A stretch of 64,000 nt of DNA from an uncultured Streptococcus sp. (GTDB taxonomy: Bacteria; Bacillota; Bacilli; Lactobacillales; Streptococcaceae): the NCBI GenBank assembly GCA_963533485.1, contig CAUSPE010000005.1:2509-66508 (forward strand), read 5' to 3'. This document shows positions 26,305-38,156 of this stretch, one piece after another; within the stretch, counting starts at the first letter, position 1; every line of letters starts with the position of its first letter. Both the position numbers and the translations under genes were made by a program. Below the pieces are notes generated by a model. It saw nothing but the letters and a program-made list of their open reading frames with translations, ran no database searches and had not been told where the DNA came from.

Positions 26305-28269
26305 TTATTTTACGTGGTTTTCAAACTCTTTTTGGCTCTTTTCGATAGCCTTTTTACTTTCTTCTTCCCACTTAGCCTTGGCTTCATCAAATTGTTTCTT
26401 GGTAACAGGGTCTTTTTGTAATCTCATGTACTTATAATTATTTCCGTCACCCTTGATTCCCACTAGGGAGTAGGCACGTGTAAACGGAGTTACTTTGGTT
26501 ACAGAGGCTGTACCACCATTTGACATAGCAGACATAACTAGAGAATTGTCAATCATCCAAGCTTGAGCTTCAGCGTATTTTTCATAACGCTTAGCGACAT
26601 CTTTATTCTCAGCATCTGCTTCTTTCAGGAGTTGTGTATAGGTATCGAGCCCCAAACTCTTAATGAGCTCTTGGTCTTCCTTGGCATCAAGACCAAAAAT
26701 CTTGAGATAGAAGCCAGTTTCAGCATTGAAGGGGTCTAGATAAGTCGATGGATCCTGGTAATCACCAACCCAACCATCAAAGTTTAGGTCGTAGTCACGA
26801 GCTGCTGGATTTGGTGCTAGGAAAGCAACATTTCCAAAGTCATCTGTAGAAAGCTGTTGAACATCAACAACGATATTGTCAGAACCTAGTACTGTTTCAA
26901 GGGTTTGTTTAACCGAGTTCATACCAGAAACCGCATTTTTATTCGTCTGATCAACAGGGACATCCAAATGGATTGGGAAAGTCACGCCTTGGGCTTCCAA
27001 TTCCTTTTTAGCTTCCGCAAATTTTGCTTGGGCCTTTTCCTTGTTAAAGTAGGCATCTTGAGCATCTGCCAAATTGATACCTGACCACTCAGTTCCGTAG
27101 TTCACAAGCTTAGAAGCTGTTACTTCTCCAAAGGTCTTATCTCCCACCTGGACAAATGTTGGAGGAACTAGAGTATTACGAAGGGTTTTGCTCGCTGCTT
27201 CTTCACCGTTAGATTGAGCAGAGTAGGCTGTTCGATCAATACCAAAGTTGATAGCTTGACGGAAATTTTTATTTAAGATAGCTGTTTGAGCTGATTTCTT
27301 TTGTTCATCCGTTGTTTTAGCGGTATGATTATAGGTTTTGCGGTTGACGTTAAAGTTAAAGTACCAAGATGTCTTGTCTTGTAAACTATAGACGATATTG
27401 TCTTGGTATTTTTCTTTTGTCTTAGCATAGTTCGAACTATTTGGATAGACTCCTGCAATCGAGTAAGCACCACTTTCAAAGTTTCGAATCGTCATCTCCT
27501 GATCTGACCCATCAAAGTAGGCTAACTTAACTTTTTCAATGGTTACTTTATCATGGTCATAATAGTGTGGATTCTTCACATATTCGATCGAAGATTTTGA
27601 TGTGAAATCTTTTAACAGATAGGGACCATTATAAAGGATACTGTCTGGTGTCAAGGTACCAAAATCTTTATCCTTTGATTTCAAGAACTCTTCGTTGACT
27701 GGGAAAAGAATACTATTGGTTGTCTTTGAATTCCAATACGGTTCTGGTCGAGTCAAAGTGTACTCGACTGTGTAATCATCCAAGGCTTTGACACCGACAG
27801 TTGAAAAGTCATTGGTCACACCCGTCACATAGTCATTCAATCCCTTGATTGAATTTTGGATCAGATCCATAGCTTGCCCCTTGTTGTCCGCGGCATATTT
27901 GATCCCAGTGACAAAATCCTGAGCTTTAACTGAAGCGTATTCCTCACCATCAGCCGTATACCACTTGGCATCTTTTCTAAGCTTGTAGGTATAGGTCAAA
28001 CCATCTGATGAAACAGACCAATCCTCCGCAACAGCAGGTACGAGGTTCCCATAGCTGTCATTTTCTAACAAACCATCTACGAGATTGGTAATAACGGCAG
28101 TGTTATCTGCATAATAATCTAGAAGATAGTTAAAAGTTGTCGGATTCGCACTGAATGTTGATGAATAAGTGCTAGTATCTGTGTTGGACTGCCCACATGC
28201 CGAAAGCAAAATCCCTGTCGCTAAGACAAGACCTGTCCCAATCAGTCTTTTTTTCAGTTTGATCATCAT
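26305..28269 (-). CDS. aliD: AliB-like oligopeptide-binding lipoprotein (ORF2)
   Basis: Lipobox LSAC, Ali paralog, second of two between dexB and wzg. Own promoter TTTACA-17-TAAAAT at 28333-28305. Confidence 0.8.
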   Translation of the reverse strand: MMIKLKKRLIGTGLVLATGILLSACGQSNTDTSTYSSTFSANPTTFNYLLDYYADNTAVITNLVDGLLENDSYGNLVPAVAEDWSVSSDGLTYTYKLRKDAKWYTADGEEYASVKAQDFVTGIKYAADNKGQAMDLIQNSIKGLNDYVTGVTNDFSTVGVKALDDYTVEYTLTRPEPYWNSKTTNSILFPVNEEFLKSKDKDFGTLTPDSILYNGPYLLKDFTSKSSIEYVKNPHYYDHDKVTIEKVKLAYFDGSDQEMTIRNFESGAYSIAGVYPNSSNYAKTKEKYQDNIVYSLQDKTSWYFNFNVNRKTYNHTAKTTDEQKKSAQTAILNKNFRQAINFGIDRTAYSAQSNGEEAASKTLRNTLVPPTFVQVGDKTFGEVTASKLVNYGTEWSGINLADAQDAYFNKEKAQAKFAEAKKELEAQGVTFPIHLDVPVDQTNKNAVSGMNSVKQTLETVLGSDNIVVDVQQLSTDDFGNVAFLAPNPAARDYDLNFDGWVGDYQDPSTYLDPFNAETGFYLKIFGLDAKEDQELIKSLGLDTYTQLLKEADAENKDVAKRYEKYAEAQAWMIDNSLVMSAMSNGGTASVTKVTPFTRAYSLVGIKGDGNNYKYMRLQKDPVTKKQFDEAKAKWEEESKKAIEKSQKEFENHVK

Positions 28270-28413
28270 TCACTCCTTTATGTCACTTTTTATAACATAA
28301 CTATATTTTATCAAATTTATTCAAAAATGTAAAGTTACTGCTTTTATGACAACTGGTGTCTCAAAACGAAAAAGGAAGCACAGTTTCCTGCAACTTCCTT
28401 TTCTATTTATAGA

Positions 28414-30381
28414 TTACTTGACGTGTTTTTCAAGTTCTTTTTGGTATTTGGCATTTGTTTCGATTTTTTCTTGTTGCCATTTCTTGAAGGCATCTTCGTA
28501 TTCTTTTGCAGTCACAACATCATTTTGCAACTCCAAACCTTTGAACACAAATGGGTCTCCCTTGATCCCGACTTGAGAATAAGCTTTTGTGAATGGTACA
28601 GTACGGCTAACCGTTGGAGAACCACCTGAAGAAGCAACTGGGATTAAGAGCGAGCTGTCTGACACCCAAGCTTGAGCTTTAGCGTATTTTTCATAACGCT
28701 TGTTAAGGTCGCTGGTTTCAGCTGCAGCATCATCCAAGAGTTTCTTGTATTCGTCCAGTCCAACTTGAGCCATCACTTCTGGATCTTTTCCGCGAGTGAT
28801 CCCCAAGTGTTTAAGGGCTGAACCCTTCTTGGCATCAAGGATGTTGAGGTAGGTAGCTGGGTCTTGATAGTCTGGTCCCCAACCAGTTCCGTTCAAGTCA
28901 TAGTCTTTTTGAGATGGAACCTTGGCTTGAGACGTAATGCTCATTTTCTCATTATCGGTCATTTGAAGGACATCGACAATGACATTTTCAGTACCAAGTG
29001 ATGATTCGATAGACTGCTTGAGTGAGTTAGTTTGTTGAACCGCGATTACATCTGTTTGTTCAACGGGGATATCCAAATGGATTGGGAAGGTAACACCCTT
29101 GGCTTGCAATTCTTCCTTGGCTTTAGCAAAGGCTGCCTTAGCTTTTTCAGGACTGTAAAGCGTATCCTTGCCATCTGTAAGGGCTACATCTTTCCACTGG
29201 TCTCCATATGAAACGAGCTCTGCCTGTGCCAACTCTCCAAAGGTTTTTTCACCCACTTGAACGTAGTCATGAGGCACTAGGCTGTTACGGATAATCTTGT
29301 CCGCACCTTCTTCACCATTCAACTGAGCAGTATAAGAATGACGGTCAAGAGCAAAGTTCAGCGCCTGACGGAAGTTCTTATTAAGAAGAGCTTCTTTCGT
29401 TGAAGTTTTTTGAGCCTCGTCTGTTTTGGCTGTTTTATTATAAGACTGGCGGTTTACGTTAACAGTGAGGTAATAGCTTGTCGCTTCTTGTGGACTGTAG
29501 ACAATCTTATCGCCGTACTCTTTCTTAGTTGACTCAAAGTTTGAGCTTGTTGGGAAGAGACGAGCTGTTGTATAAGCACCCTGCGTAAAACTACGAATCA
29601 AAGATTCTTGGTCTGATCCATCGTAGAAAGTTAGTTTAATATTGTCAATCTTGACATTGTCCTTATCCCAGTAGTTTGGATTCTTTTCATATTCAATGAC
29701 TGATTTTGAAGTCAATGATTTCAAGAAATAAGGACCATTATATAGGATACCTGATGGGGTTGGTGCGCCGTAGTCGCTCCCTTTAGAATTCAAAAATTCT
29801 TCATTAACTGGAAGCATGGTTGCAGTTGTGACCTTAGAGTTCCAGAAACTTTCTGGTTTGTTGAGCGTGTATTCTACCGTGTAATCATCAACAGCCTTAA
29901 CTCCTACTGTAGAGAAATCATTGCTCTCACCACTAACATACTCTGCCAAACCTTTGATAGAATCCTGAATCAAAGAAAGACCATCTGATTTTCCGTCAGC
30001 GGCATGTTTAAGCCCAGTAACAAAGTCTTTGGCCTTAACTTCAGCGTATTCTTCTCCATCAGAAGTATACCATTTTACCCCCTTACGAAGTTTGTAGGTG
30101 TAAGTCAAACCATCCTTTGAAACAGACCAGTCTTCTGCAAGTGATGGAATTAAGTTCCCATACTTGTCATTTTCCAAAAGGCCATCGACAACGTTGGCTA
30201 TAACGTCAGAGGTTGAGCTCTTGCTCGTCACACTGTAGTCCAAAGATGATGGATCTATTGCATAGACATAAGAAAATGTCTTGGGAGCATCCGCCTTTTT
30301 TTCACTTTGTCCACAAGCAGTTAACAGTAGGGCCGCACTCAAAACAGCACCTGCTCCTAAGAGCCACTTTTTCGATTTCAT
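28414..30381 (-). CDS. aliC: AliB-like oligopeptide-binding lipoprotein (ORF1), 655 aa
   Basis: Start moved to MKSKKWLLG (AAGGAG RBS). Lipobox LTAC; first gene after dexB. Confidence 0.8.
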   Translation of the reverse strand: MKSKKWLLGAGAVLSAALLLTACGQSEKKADAPKTFSYVYAIDPSSLDYSVTSKSSTSDVIANVVDGLLENDKYGNLIPSLAEDWSVSKDGLTYTYKLRKGVKWYTSDGEEYAEVKAKDFVTGLKHAADGKSDGLSLIQDSIKGLAEYVSGESNDFSTVGVKAVDDYTVEYTLNKPESFWNSKVTTATMLPVNEEFLNSKGSDYGAPTPSGILYNGPYFLKSLTSKSVIEYEKNPNYWDKDNVKIDNIKLTFYDGSDQESLIRSFTQGAYTTARLFPTSSNFESTKKEYGDKIVYSPQEATSYYLTVNVNRQSYNKTAKTDEAQKTSTKEALLNKNFRQALNFALDRHSYTAQLNGEEGADKIIRNSLVPHDYVQVGEKTFGELAQAELVSYGDQWKDVALTDGKDTLYSPEKAKAAFAKAKEELQAKGVTFPIHLDIPVEQTDVIAVQQTNSLKQSIESSLGTENVIVDVLQMTDNEKMSITSQAKVPSQKDYDLNGTGWGPDYQDPATYLNILDAKKGSALKHLGITRGKDPEVMAQVGLDEYKKLLDDAAAETSDLNKRYEKYAKAQAWVSDSSLLIPVASSGGSPTVSRTVPFTKAYSQVGIKGDPFVFKGLELQNDVVTAKEYEDAFKKWQQEKIETNAKYQKELEKHVK

Positions 30382-30412
30382 AAGTAATCTCCTTAAAGAT
30401 AGTGTTTTCACC

Positions 30413-30468
30413 ATTATACCCTATTTTTTCATAAAAGCAAGAACTTTCGCCAGATTTTTTAGAAAATT
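30413..30468 (-). promoter_or_regulatory. aliC promoter with CodY box
   Basis: TATAAT at 30418-30413, TTGCTT 16 nt upstream; ATTTTTTAGAAAATT at 30454-30468 (2 mismatches to the CodY consensus). Confidence 0.65.
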
Positions 30469-30549
30469 CTAACAAATATTTTTTAAAGATTTTTCAATAC
30501 AATTTTTAGTAAAAAACCTCAAGCTTCAAAAACTTGAGGTTTGCTCATT

Positions 30550-32169
<1,620 letters not shown>

Positions 32170-32195
32170 TCATTATTTTAATATTCTACAGTCTA

Positions 32196-32232
32196 TGATA
32201 GCGCTTTTTAAAACTTAGTGCAAGCGTTTGCC
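32196..32232. promoter_or_regulatory. Two LacI-family (cre / MalR-like) sites upstream of dexB
   Basis: TGATAGCGCTTTTT (32196-32209) and TGCAAGCGTTTGCC (32219-32232). Confidence 0.55.
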
Positions 32233-32312
32233 TAATCTTTTTGATTTCTTTTTTAGCTCCGTAGTTTCCTAACTCCCAATTTTTTTATATAATAGAGGTC
32301 AGAGGTAAAAAA

Positions 32313-33797
32313 ATGAAAAAACAAGCTTTTAGTTCTGAACAATATTTGAATCTACAACGCGACCACATTTTGGAGCGTATTAACCAATTTGACGGCAAGC
32401 TTTACCTAGAGTTTGGCGGCAAAATGTTAGAAGATTTCCACGCTGCTCGAGTACTGCCTGGTTATGAACCTGACAACAAAATCAAGCTCTTGCAGGAGAT
32501 GAAGGAGCAGGTTGAGGTTGTGATTGCTATTAACGCTAGCAACATCGAGCATTCCAAAGCACGTGGCGACCTAGGCATTTCTTATGACCAAGAAGTTCTT
32601 CGTTTGATTGACAAATTCAATGAACTGGGAATCTTTGTCGGTTCGGTTGTCATCACACAATACGCCGGACAACCCGCTGCAGATGCCTTCCGCAACCAGT
32701 TAGATAAAAACGGGATTGATTCCTATCTTCATTATCCGATCAAAGGATATCCGACCGATATGGACCACATCATTTCTCCTGAAGGTATGGGGAAAAACGA
32801 CTACATCAAAACCAGTCGCAACTTGATTGTCGTAACCGCTCCTGGACCTGGTTCTGGAAAATTGGCCACTTGTATGTCCAACATGTACCACGACCAACTC
32901 AATGGCATCAAGTCTGGTTACGCTAAGTTTGAAACCTTCCCAGTCTGGAACCTGCCCCTTCATCATCCGGTCAACTTGGCCTATGAGGCCGCCACAGCAG
33001 ACCTTGATGATGTCAATATGATTGACCCTTTCCATCTCCAAACCTATGGAGAAACAACGGTCAATTACAACCGTGATATCGAAATTTTCCCAGTGCTCAA
33101 ACGTATGTTGGAACGCATTCTCGGTGAATCTCCATACGCTTCACCGACAGACATGGGTGTCAACATGGTTGGTTTTGCTATTACAGATAATGAGGCTGCT
33201 ATCGAAGCTTCTAAACAAGAAATCATTCGCCGTTACTATCAGACTGTACTTGATTTTAAAGCTGAAAAAGTCGGAGAAACTGCTGTCAAGAAGATTGAAC
33301 TTCTCATGAACGACCTCGGTATCACACCTGCAGACCGTCAGGTTGCTGTCGCTGCACGCCAAAAGGCTGAAGAAACTGGCGGCCCTGCCCTAGCTCTCGA
33401 ATTGCCAAATGGAGAAATCGTAACTGGTAAAAACTCAGAACTCTTTGGCCCTACAGCTGCTGCCTTGATCAATGCCATCAAAAAATCAGCTAACATCGCT
33501 AAGGAAGTAAAATTAATCGAGCCTGAAGTCGTCAAACCAATTCAAGGTCTTAAAATCAATCATCTAGGTAGCCGCAATCCGCGCCTGCATTCAAATGAAA
33601 TTCTCATTGCCCTTGCTATTACAGCCATGGAAAATCCTGACGCCGCACGTGCCATGAAAGAACTTGGTAACCTCAAAGGAAGCGAAGCCCACTCAACCAT
33701 CATCTTGACCGATGAAGACAAGAATGTCCTTCGCAAACTAGGCATCAACGTAACCTTTGATCCATACTACCAATACGATCGCTTGTATCGGAAATAA
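32313..33797 (+). CDS. DUF1846 (UPF0371) family protein
   Basis: [10 protein letters not shown]-loop-like [27 protein letters not shown]; 494 aa, divergent from dexB. Confidence 0.88.
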   Translation: MKKQAFSSEQYLNLQRDHILERINQFDGKLYLEFGGKMLEDFHAARVLPGYEPDNKIKLLQEMKEQVEVVIAINASNIEHSKARGDLGISYDQEVLRLIDKFNELGIFVGSVVITQYAGQPAADAFRNQLDKNGIDSYLHYPIKGYPTDMDHIISPEGMGKNDYIKTSRNLIVVTAPGPGSGKLATCMSNMYHDQLNGIKSGYAKFETFPVWNLPLHHPVNLAYEAATADLDDVNMIDPFHLQTYGETTVNYNRDIEIFPVLKRMLERILGESPYASPTDMGVNMVGFAITDNEAAIEASKQEIIRRYYQTVLDFKAEKVGETAVKKIELLMNDLGITPADRQVAVAARQKAEETGGPALALELPNGEIVTGKNSELFGPTAAALINAIKKSANIAKEVKLIEPEVVKPIQGLKINHLGSRNPRLHSNEILIALAITAMENPDAARAMKELGNLKGSEAHSTIILTDEDKNVLRKLGINVTFDPYYQYDRLYRK

Positions 33798-33803
33798 ATA
33801 AAC

Positions 33804-33930
33804 AAGGCTGGACAAAAACTCAATTTGAGAGAAAAATCCAGTAAATCTTTACATGATAAAAAAATCAAACGCATAATAACAAGTCTTTTGAATACTTGTT
33901 ATTATGCGTTTTATGATTTTTTCCAACCTC
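33804..33930. repeat. SPRITE-like terminator element between convergent genes
   Basis: Perfect 18-bp stem AAACGCATAATAACAAGT / ACTTGTTATTATGCGTTT (33867-33911) with imperfect outer inverted ends. The family name is from recalled consensus. Confidence 0.6.
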
Positions 33931-33932
33931 AC

Positions 33933-34964
33933 TTATTTCAATGAAATTGTCAACTCGACACAGGCTCCTCCTTGGTCTGGATTGAGCAGGGTCAGACGAC
34001 CACCATGCAAGAGAGCTACCTGCTTAGAAAAGGCTAAGCCGATTCCATGATGGGGATTAGCTGAATTGCGGCTTTGGTCACTCTGATAAAAGAGCTGTTC
34101 CGCTCCCAGCAGCATCTCCTCTGAAAATGCAGGGCCGTTGTTCCAGATAGCAAAAACCAACTGGTCCTGCTGCACTGATACCGTCAGCTTCACTTCCTTT
34201 TGGTCCTGATTAGCATGTTCAAGCGCATTCAGTAAAATATTGAGCAAAGCTCGCTTGAGATAGTCCAAATGAATTGACAAAATCAGACTAAGATCACAAT
34301 CTTCTTGGAGATAGAAACGATAGCTTTCCTGTTTGCTGAACAGTGCCCAATCGTCCTGGAGATAAGCCAAAAAGTCCCCTAAGGAAAGCTGACTGAACTG
34401 ATTAGAATCAATCTGAAAAGTCTTAGCGTAATCAATCAAAGAGCCACAATACTCTTCCATCTTGTGACTAGCCTGCAAAATCTCAGCAGCATAGTCTGCC
34501 TGTGGCTGGCCCAACTGCGCCAACTCCAAGAGCTCAGCATTCCCCTTAATCACAGTTAGGGGTGTCTTCAAATCGTGCGATGTCGCTGATAGCTGTAAAA
34601 TCAACTCCTGATTATGCTGCTGCTCTCTTTCTAGAAGACGAGCATTTTCTTGGTGGCTGCTCCGTAAATCGCTATAGACTTCTAGCATTTCCTCAATCCG
34701 AAAAAGCTGACTTTGATTTTCTTCTAAAAGCTTCTCGCTCGTTAGCATTTTTATTTCCCTGTCGATTTTTCGGAGCAATTTCAAAATATGATAAAAAGTA
34801 ATCAGCAGCAAGCTCCCTGCCCAGAAGAACAAGGTGAAAAGAACGTAATCACTTCCTTGCGTAAATTCATAGCCTATAAGCACAAAAATCAAAACATGAA
34901 AAAATACGATTTTTAAACTGGTTGTCCAGACTAGGCTTTTGAAATTTCGGGTTCTAATTGCCAT
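33933..34964 (-). CDS. Sensor histidine kinase with two close N-terminal TMs and almost no extracellular domain
   Basis: H-box SHDLKTPLT, N-box NILLNALEH, G-box HHGIGLAF. Start overlaps the 3' end of the RR gene. Confidence 0.92.
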   Translation of the reverse strand: MAIRTRNFKSLVWTTSLKIVFFHVLIFVLIGYEFTQGSDYVLFTLFFWAGSLLLITFYHILKLLRKIDREIKMLTSEKLLEENQSQLFRIEEMLEVYSDLRSSHQENARLLEREQQHNQELILQLSATSHDLKTPLTVIKGNAELLELAQLGQPQADYAAEILQASHKMEEYCGSLIDYAKTFQIDSNQFSQLSLGDFLAYLQDDWALFSKQESYRFYLQEDCDLSLILSIHLDYLKRALLNILLNALEHANQDQKEVKLTVSVQQDQLVFAIWNNGPAFSEEMLLGAEQLFYQSDQSRNSANPHHGIGLAFSKQVALLHGGRLTLLNPDQGGACVELTISLK

Positions 34965-35620
34965 CTATAGCCTACTCCTCTCACTGTTGCGATTGCTTGT
35001 AGCCCTTCTTGTTTGCATTTTTGGCGAATCTGATATACGTATTCTGAGATGGAGCGAAGCTGTGTTTCTGAACTTTCTGGGTAAAGCAAGGTATGCAGGC
35101 GTTCAGCCGAAAAGGTCTGCTTGGGATTGCTAGCTAGTAAATGCAGTAACTTAAACTCTCGCTCTGAGAATTTCAATACTTTACCAAAACAGATAATTTC
35201 ATAGCGCTCTGGATAAAATTGACAAGAAGCAATCTCAGAATAGCGCTCCTCACGTCTTTCCTCCCGCCGAAGATGAGCCCTGACACGCGCCAGCAATTCT
35301 TTGGTCCCAAAAGGCTTGACAATATAGTCATCTGCTCCGCGAAAGAGCCCTTCCACTTTGTCCGCCTCCAACTCCTTAGCCGTCAGAAAGATGATTGGAC
35401 ACGAAAGATGAGGACGAATATAGGAACACAGCTCAAAACCATTAACAGGCTCCATCATCACATCCAGCAAAATCAAGTCATATCCGACAAAATGCGTCAG
35501 CTCTAGCTCTTCTATCCGATCAAGCGTCGTCACATCATAAGCATCGAGCTCTAGGACGTTTTTCACCAGCTTCAAAATGCTCCGGTCGTCATCAACCACC
35601 AAAATACGATACTGTCTCAT
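34931..35620 (-). CDS. OmpR/PhoB-family response regulator
   Basis: ILVVDDD, LLDVMM, FLTAK, GADDYIVKPF, TVRGVGY. Start 35620 preferred (35629 is the alternative). Confidence 0.92.
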   Translation of the reverse strand: MRQYRILVVDDDRSILKLVKNVLELDAYDVTTLDRIEELELTHFVGYDLILLDVMMEPVNGFELCSYIRPHLSCPIIFLTAKELEADKVEGLFRGADDYIVKPFGTKELLARVRAHLRREERREERYSEIASCQFYPERYEIICFGKVLKFSEREFKLLHLLASNPKQTFSAERLHTLLYPESSETQLRSISEYVYQIRQKCKQEGLQAIATVRGVGYRWQLEPEISKA

Positions 35621-35641
35621 GATTTCCATTATAGCATACCT

Positions 35642-36364
35642 CTAGCGAACATCTCGTTTCAAGGTCAAGAATATAGCAGAGCTCCAAATCAAAGCTAGCC
35701 AGAATAGCTGTATTCCCAACCCTGATAGATCTATCGAATTCTGAAGCCCTTCATACTCAAAAAGATTTAGCGTAGCCAGATCAGGCAGGTACTTTGCTTC
35801 TTTAATAAAAGTTGCCAATAAACGGCTAAGACCAATCAAGAGAGGAAATAGCACCGACACCGGCACAACCCAAGATTGAAAGAGCAAAGCGAGGCCAGCA
35901 GCTAAAAGAGCCAGAAAAAGATTGCTGAGAAGACCAAAAGAGCTGTAATAGAGGAATTTCCCCAGTAAGGACCAGCTAAAGTCTAGGTCAAAACGAGCCA
36001 GCATAACAAGGAAACAGCTGCCTATCATGACACTGTAGAGAACCAAGAGCAGCAAGGCCAGAAAAAGGAATTTCCCAGCCAACCAAGCCTTTCTATTTGA
36101 TACGGTTAGAAAATTCGTTCGCATCCCAGACTTGACAAACTCCTGGGCAAAATAGAGGGAAGTAAAGATGACGATGACAGGCTGCGCCAGATAGAGGGCA
36201 TGCAAAGCCTCGCTCAGAGCCTTCGTCTGGCCAACTGCTGTCTGACTATAGTCAAGATTCATCAGAAAAAAAGGAACGGCTACCAGAGCCACCAAGGCGG
36301 CACCAAGAGCGAGATAGTAAGAACGGAACTTAATCCATTCACTTTTAAGCAGAGCTTTTATCAT
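35642..36364 (-). CDS. ABC-2 type permease
   Basis: Start moved to MIKALLKSEWIK (TGATG overlap with the upstream stop); about 6 TMs. Confidence 0.85.
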   Translation of the reverse strand: MIKALLKSEWIKFRSYYLALGAALVALVAVPFFLMNLDYSQTAVGQTKALSEALHALYLAQPVIVIFTSLYFAQEFVKSGMRTNFLTVSNRKAWLAGKFLFLALLLLVLYSVMIGSCFLVMLARFDLDFSWSLLGKFLYYSSFGLLSNLFLALLAAGLALLFQSWVVPVSVLFPLLIGLSRLLATFIKEAKYLPDLATLNLFEYEGLQNSIDLSGLGIQLFWLALIWSSAIFLTLKRDVR

Positions 36365-37152
36365 CAGTATCGCCCTCCTAAATCCGTCTTCAAAAAGCGC
36401 AGAGAGGCCATGACGCCGATGACTAGCAACCATACGCTTAGTATCAAGAGTCCTTGCAAGGGATTGTTGGCATATTGGGAAGTCGGCGTTGCAACAAATA
36501 ACTCTCCTACGGGCTGTGGCAGATAAGCACCCCAACTCGTATGAGCTGCCAGGTAGTTTCCCAGATTATAGAGCTGGGGCACAAGAAAGAGTAAGGGAAG
36601 CAACATCGTCCGCCCAAGCAATCCCAATAAAAAGGACAAGAGACCTAGCAATGCAGTAGCTAGTGCCTTCCATAAAAGATGACTCCAGGCAGCTTGATTA
36701 AGTAAAATTGGATGTAGCCCTTCTTTTCCTAAAGCCAAGTGCATGACAATATAGCTCAAATAAATGGATAACAAGCTAATGATGAGTGAAAACAAACCAA
36801 AGGTCAATATTTTCCCCATAAGTAGCTTCAAGCGGTTATTACAAGCCAATAGACTGGTTCGCAAGCTATGAGACTGAAATTCCGTTGCTCCCAAAATTCC
36901 AGCTAAGATGACTAAAACCATACCACCCATAGAAGCGCCATTAAGACCTAGATATTCAAGCGGATCAATAGCTTCTGCCAGACCGGGAACCGTCTCAGGG
37001 GTCGCATCTAAACCGATAGACAGATACTGACGTCCCTCTAGCCATGACACAACAGGTACCAATAACAGCATAAAGACCACACTTACCCTGAAAGCCTTGG
37101 TTGATTGGATTTTCAACCACTCTGAATGCAATAAGGACATCGTTTCTTTCAT
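36364..37152 (-). CDS. ABC-2 type permease
   Basis: SEWLK N-terminal motif, about 6 TMs, AGAGGAGG RBS. Confidence 0.85.
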   Translation of the reverse strand: MKETMSLLHSEWLKIQSTKAFRVSVVFMLLLVPVVSWLEGRQYLSIGLDATPETVPGLAEAIDPLEYLGLNGASMGGMVLVILAGILGATEFQSHSLRTSLLACNNRLKLLMGKILTFGLFSLIISLLSIYLSYIVMHLALGKEGLHPILLNQAAWSHLLWKALATALLGLLSFLLGLLGRTMLLPLLFLVPQLYNLGNYLAAHTSWGAYLPQPVGELFVATPTSQYANNPLQGLLILSVWLLVIGVMASLRFLKTDLGGRY

Positions 37153-37153
37153 C

Positions 37154-37861
37154 TTAAACCTCCTCTGTTAAGTCGAAGAAGAGCTCTTCTAAACTATCTG
37201 TTCCTTGTAATACATCTTCTAGCGTTCCCTGTTCGATAATTTGCCCATGATGAATCAAGACTACATCATCTGTTACCATTTGTACCTCAGACAGGATATG
37301 AGAGGATAGAAGGACGGTTTTCCCTAAATCAGCCTGCTGGCGAATGAACCTTCTAAACCACTTAATCCCACTTGGATCCAGTCCATTGGTCGGCTCATCT
37401 AATATTAAAAACTGGGGATCACCTAGTAAAGCTACTGCCAACCCCAGGCGCTGCCCCTCTCCTAGAGACAGGCTTGATAAGAAATCCTTTTTCTTATGAG
37501 CGATCCCAGTCATATCCAATACCTCATCAATCCGAAACTTCGGAATAGCATTACTTGCAGCAATAATATGCAGATGGTCGTAAACCTTTCTATTTGGCAG
37601 ACCTCCAATACCGTCAAAAGCTGCACCTACTGTTTTGAGAGGATAAATCATTGACTGATAGGTTTGTCCATCAAAAGTCGCAGTTCCTGCTGTCGCCCGA
37701 TCTAAGCCCAAGAGAATCCTCAAGGTCGAGCTTTTTCCTGCACCATTATGTCCTAGAAAAGCCGTAATGCGACCACTCCTAGCTGTAAAAGAAATATCCT
37801 TTAAAATTTGCTTGTCTCCATATTTTTTAGAAACACGATCAATTTTTACAATATGTTCCAT
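37154..37861 (-). CDS. ABC transporter ATP-binding protein (BcrA/LanF-like)
   Basis: Start moved to MEHIVKID (AGGAG RBS). GHNGAGKS, LSLGE, ILDEPTNGLDP, LSSHILSE. Confidence 0.92.
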   Translation of the reverse strand: MEHIVKIDRVSKKYGDKQILKDISFTARSGRITAFLGHNGAGKSSTLRILLGLDRATAGTATFDGQTYQSMIYPLKTVGAAFDGIGGLPNRKVYDHLHIIAASNAIPKFRIDEVLDMTGIAHKKKDFLSSLSLGEGQRLGLAVALLGDPQFLILDEPTNGLDPSGIKWFRRFIRQQADLGKTVLLSSHILSEVQMVTDDVVLIHHGQIIEQGTLEDVLQGTDSLEELFFDLTEEV

Positions 37862-37889
37862 ACTGAACTCCTTTATCTTTATTTTCTCC

Positions 37890-37943
37890 AGTATACCCAA
37901 TCTAGTTCAGAATTAGTTCAGAGATTAAACAGAAATTTCAGAA
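37890..37943 (-). promoter_or_regulatory. ABC operon promoter with 11-bp-phased direct repeats
   Basis: -10 TATACT (37895-37890). TAGTTCAGA at 37903 and 37914, degenerate copies near 37925 and 37936; no consensus -35. Confidence 0.65.
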
Positions 37944-38156
37944 AAAGTTGATCCACTTTTCAAAAGTCACCTGAGTTCCACTAGAAAAACTAAACTTTTC
38001 TTTCACAAGGTATTCTTCTCTCCATTCTTTCTTTATAATTCTGAGGTTTATGTATAGAGACTTTATTATCATTCTAGTACCAAAAAGTCATTTATCAAAC
38101 TCCATCAACAGCACCCTTTATGATATAATGAAAGAAGAAAACTGAAAGGAACTACC

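Noticed and set aside
28308..28326. Possible ARG box in the aliD promoter
   Set aside because: Only one half-site matches in very AT-rich DNA.
37938..38072. 44-codon minus-strand ORF ending ...FEKWINFF upstream of the ABC operon (possible signalling peptide)
   Set aside because: No RBS at a usable spacing, no double-glycine or lantibiotic leader, and it runs into the regulatory repeats.
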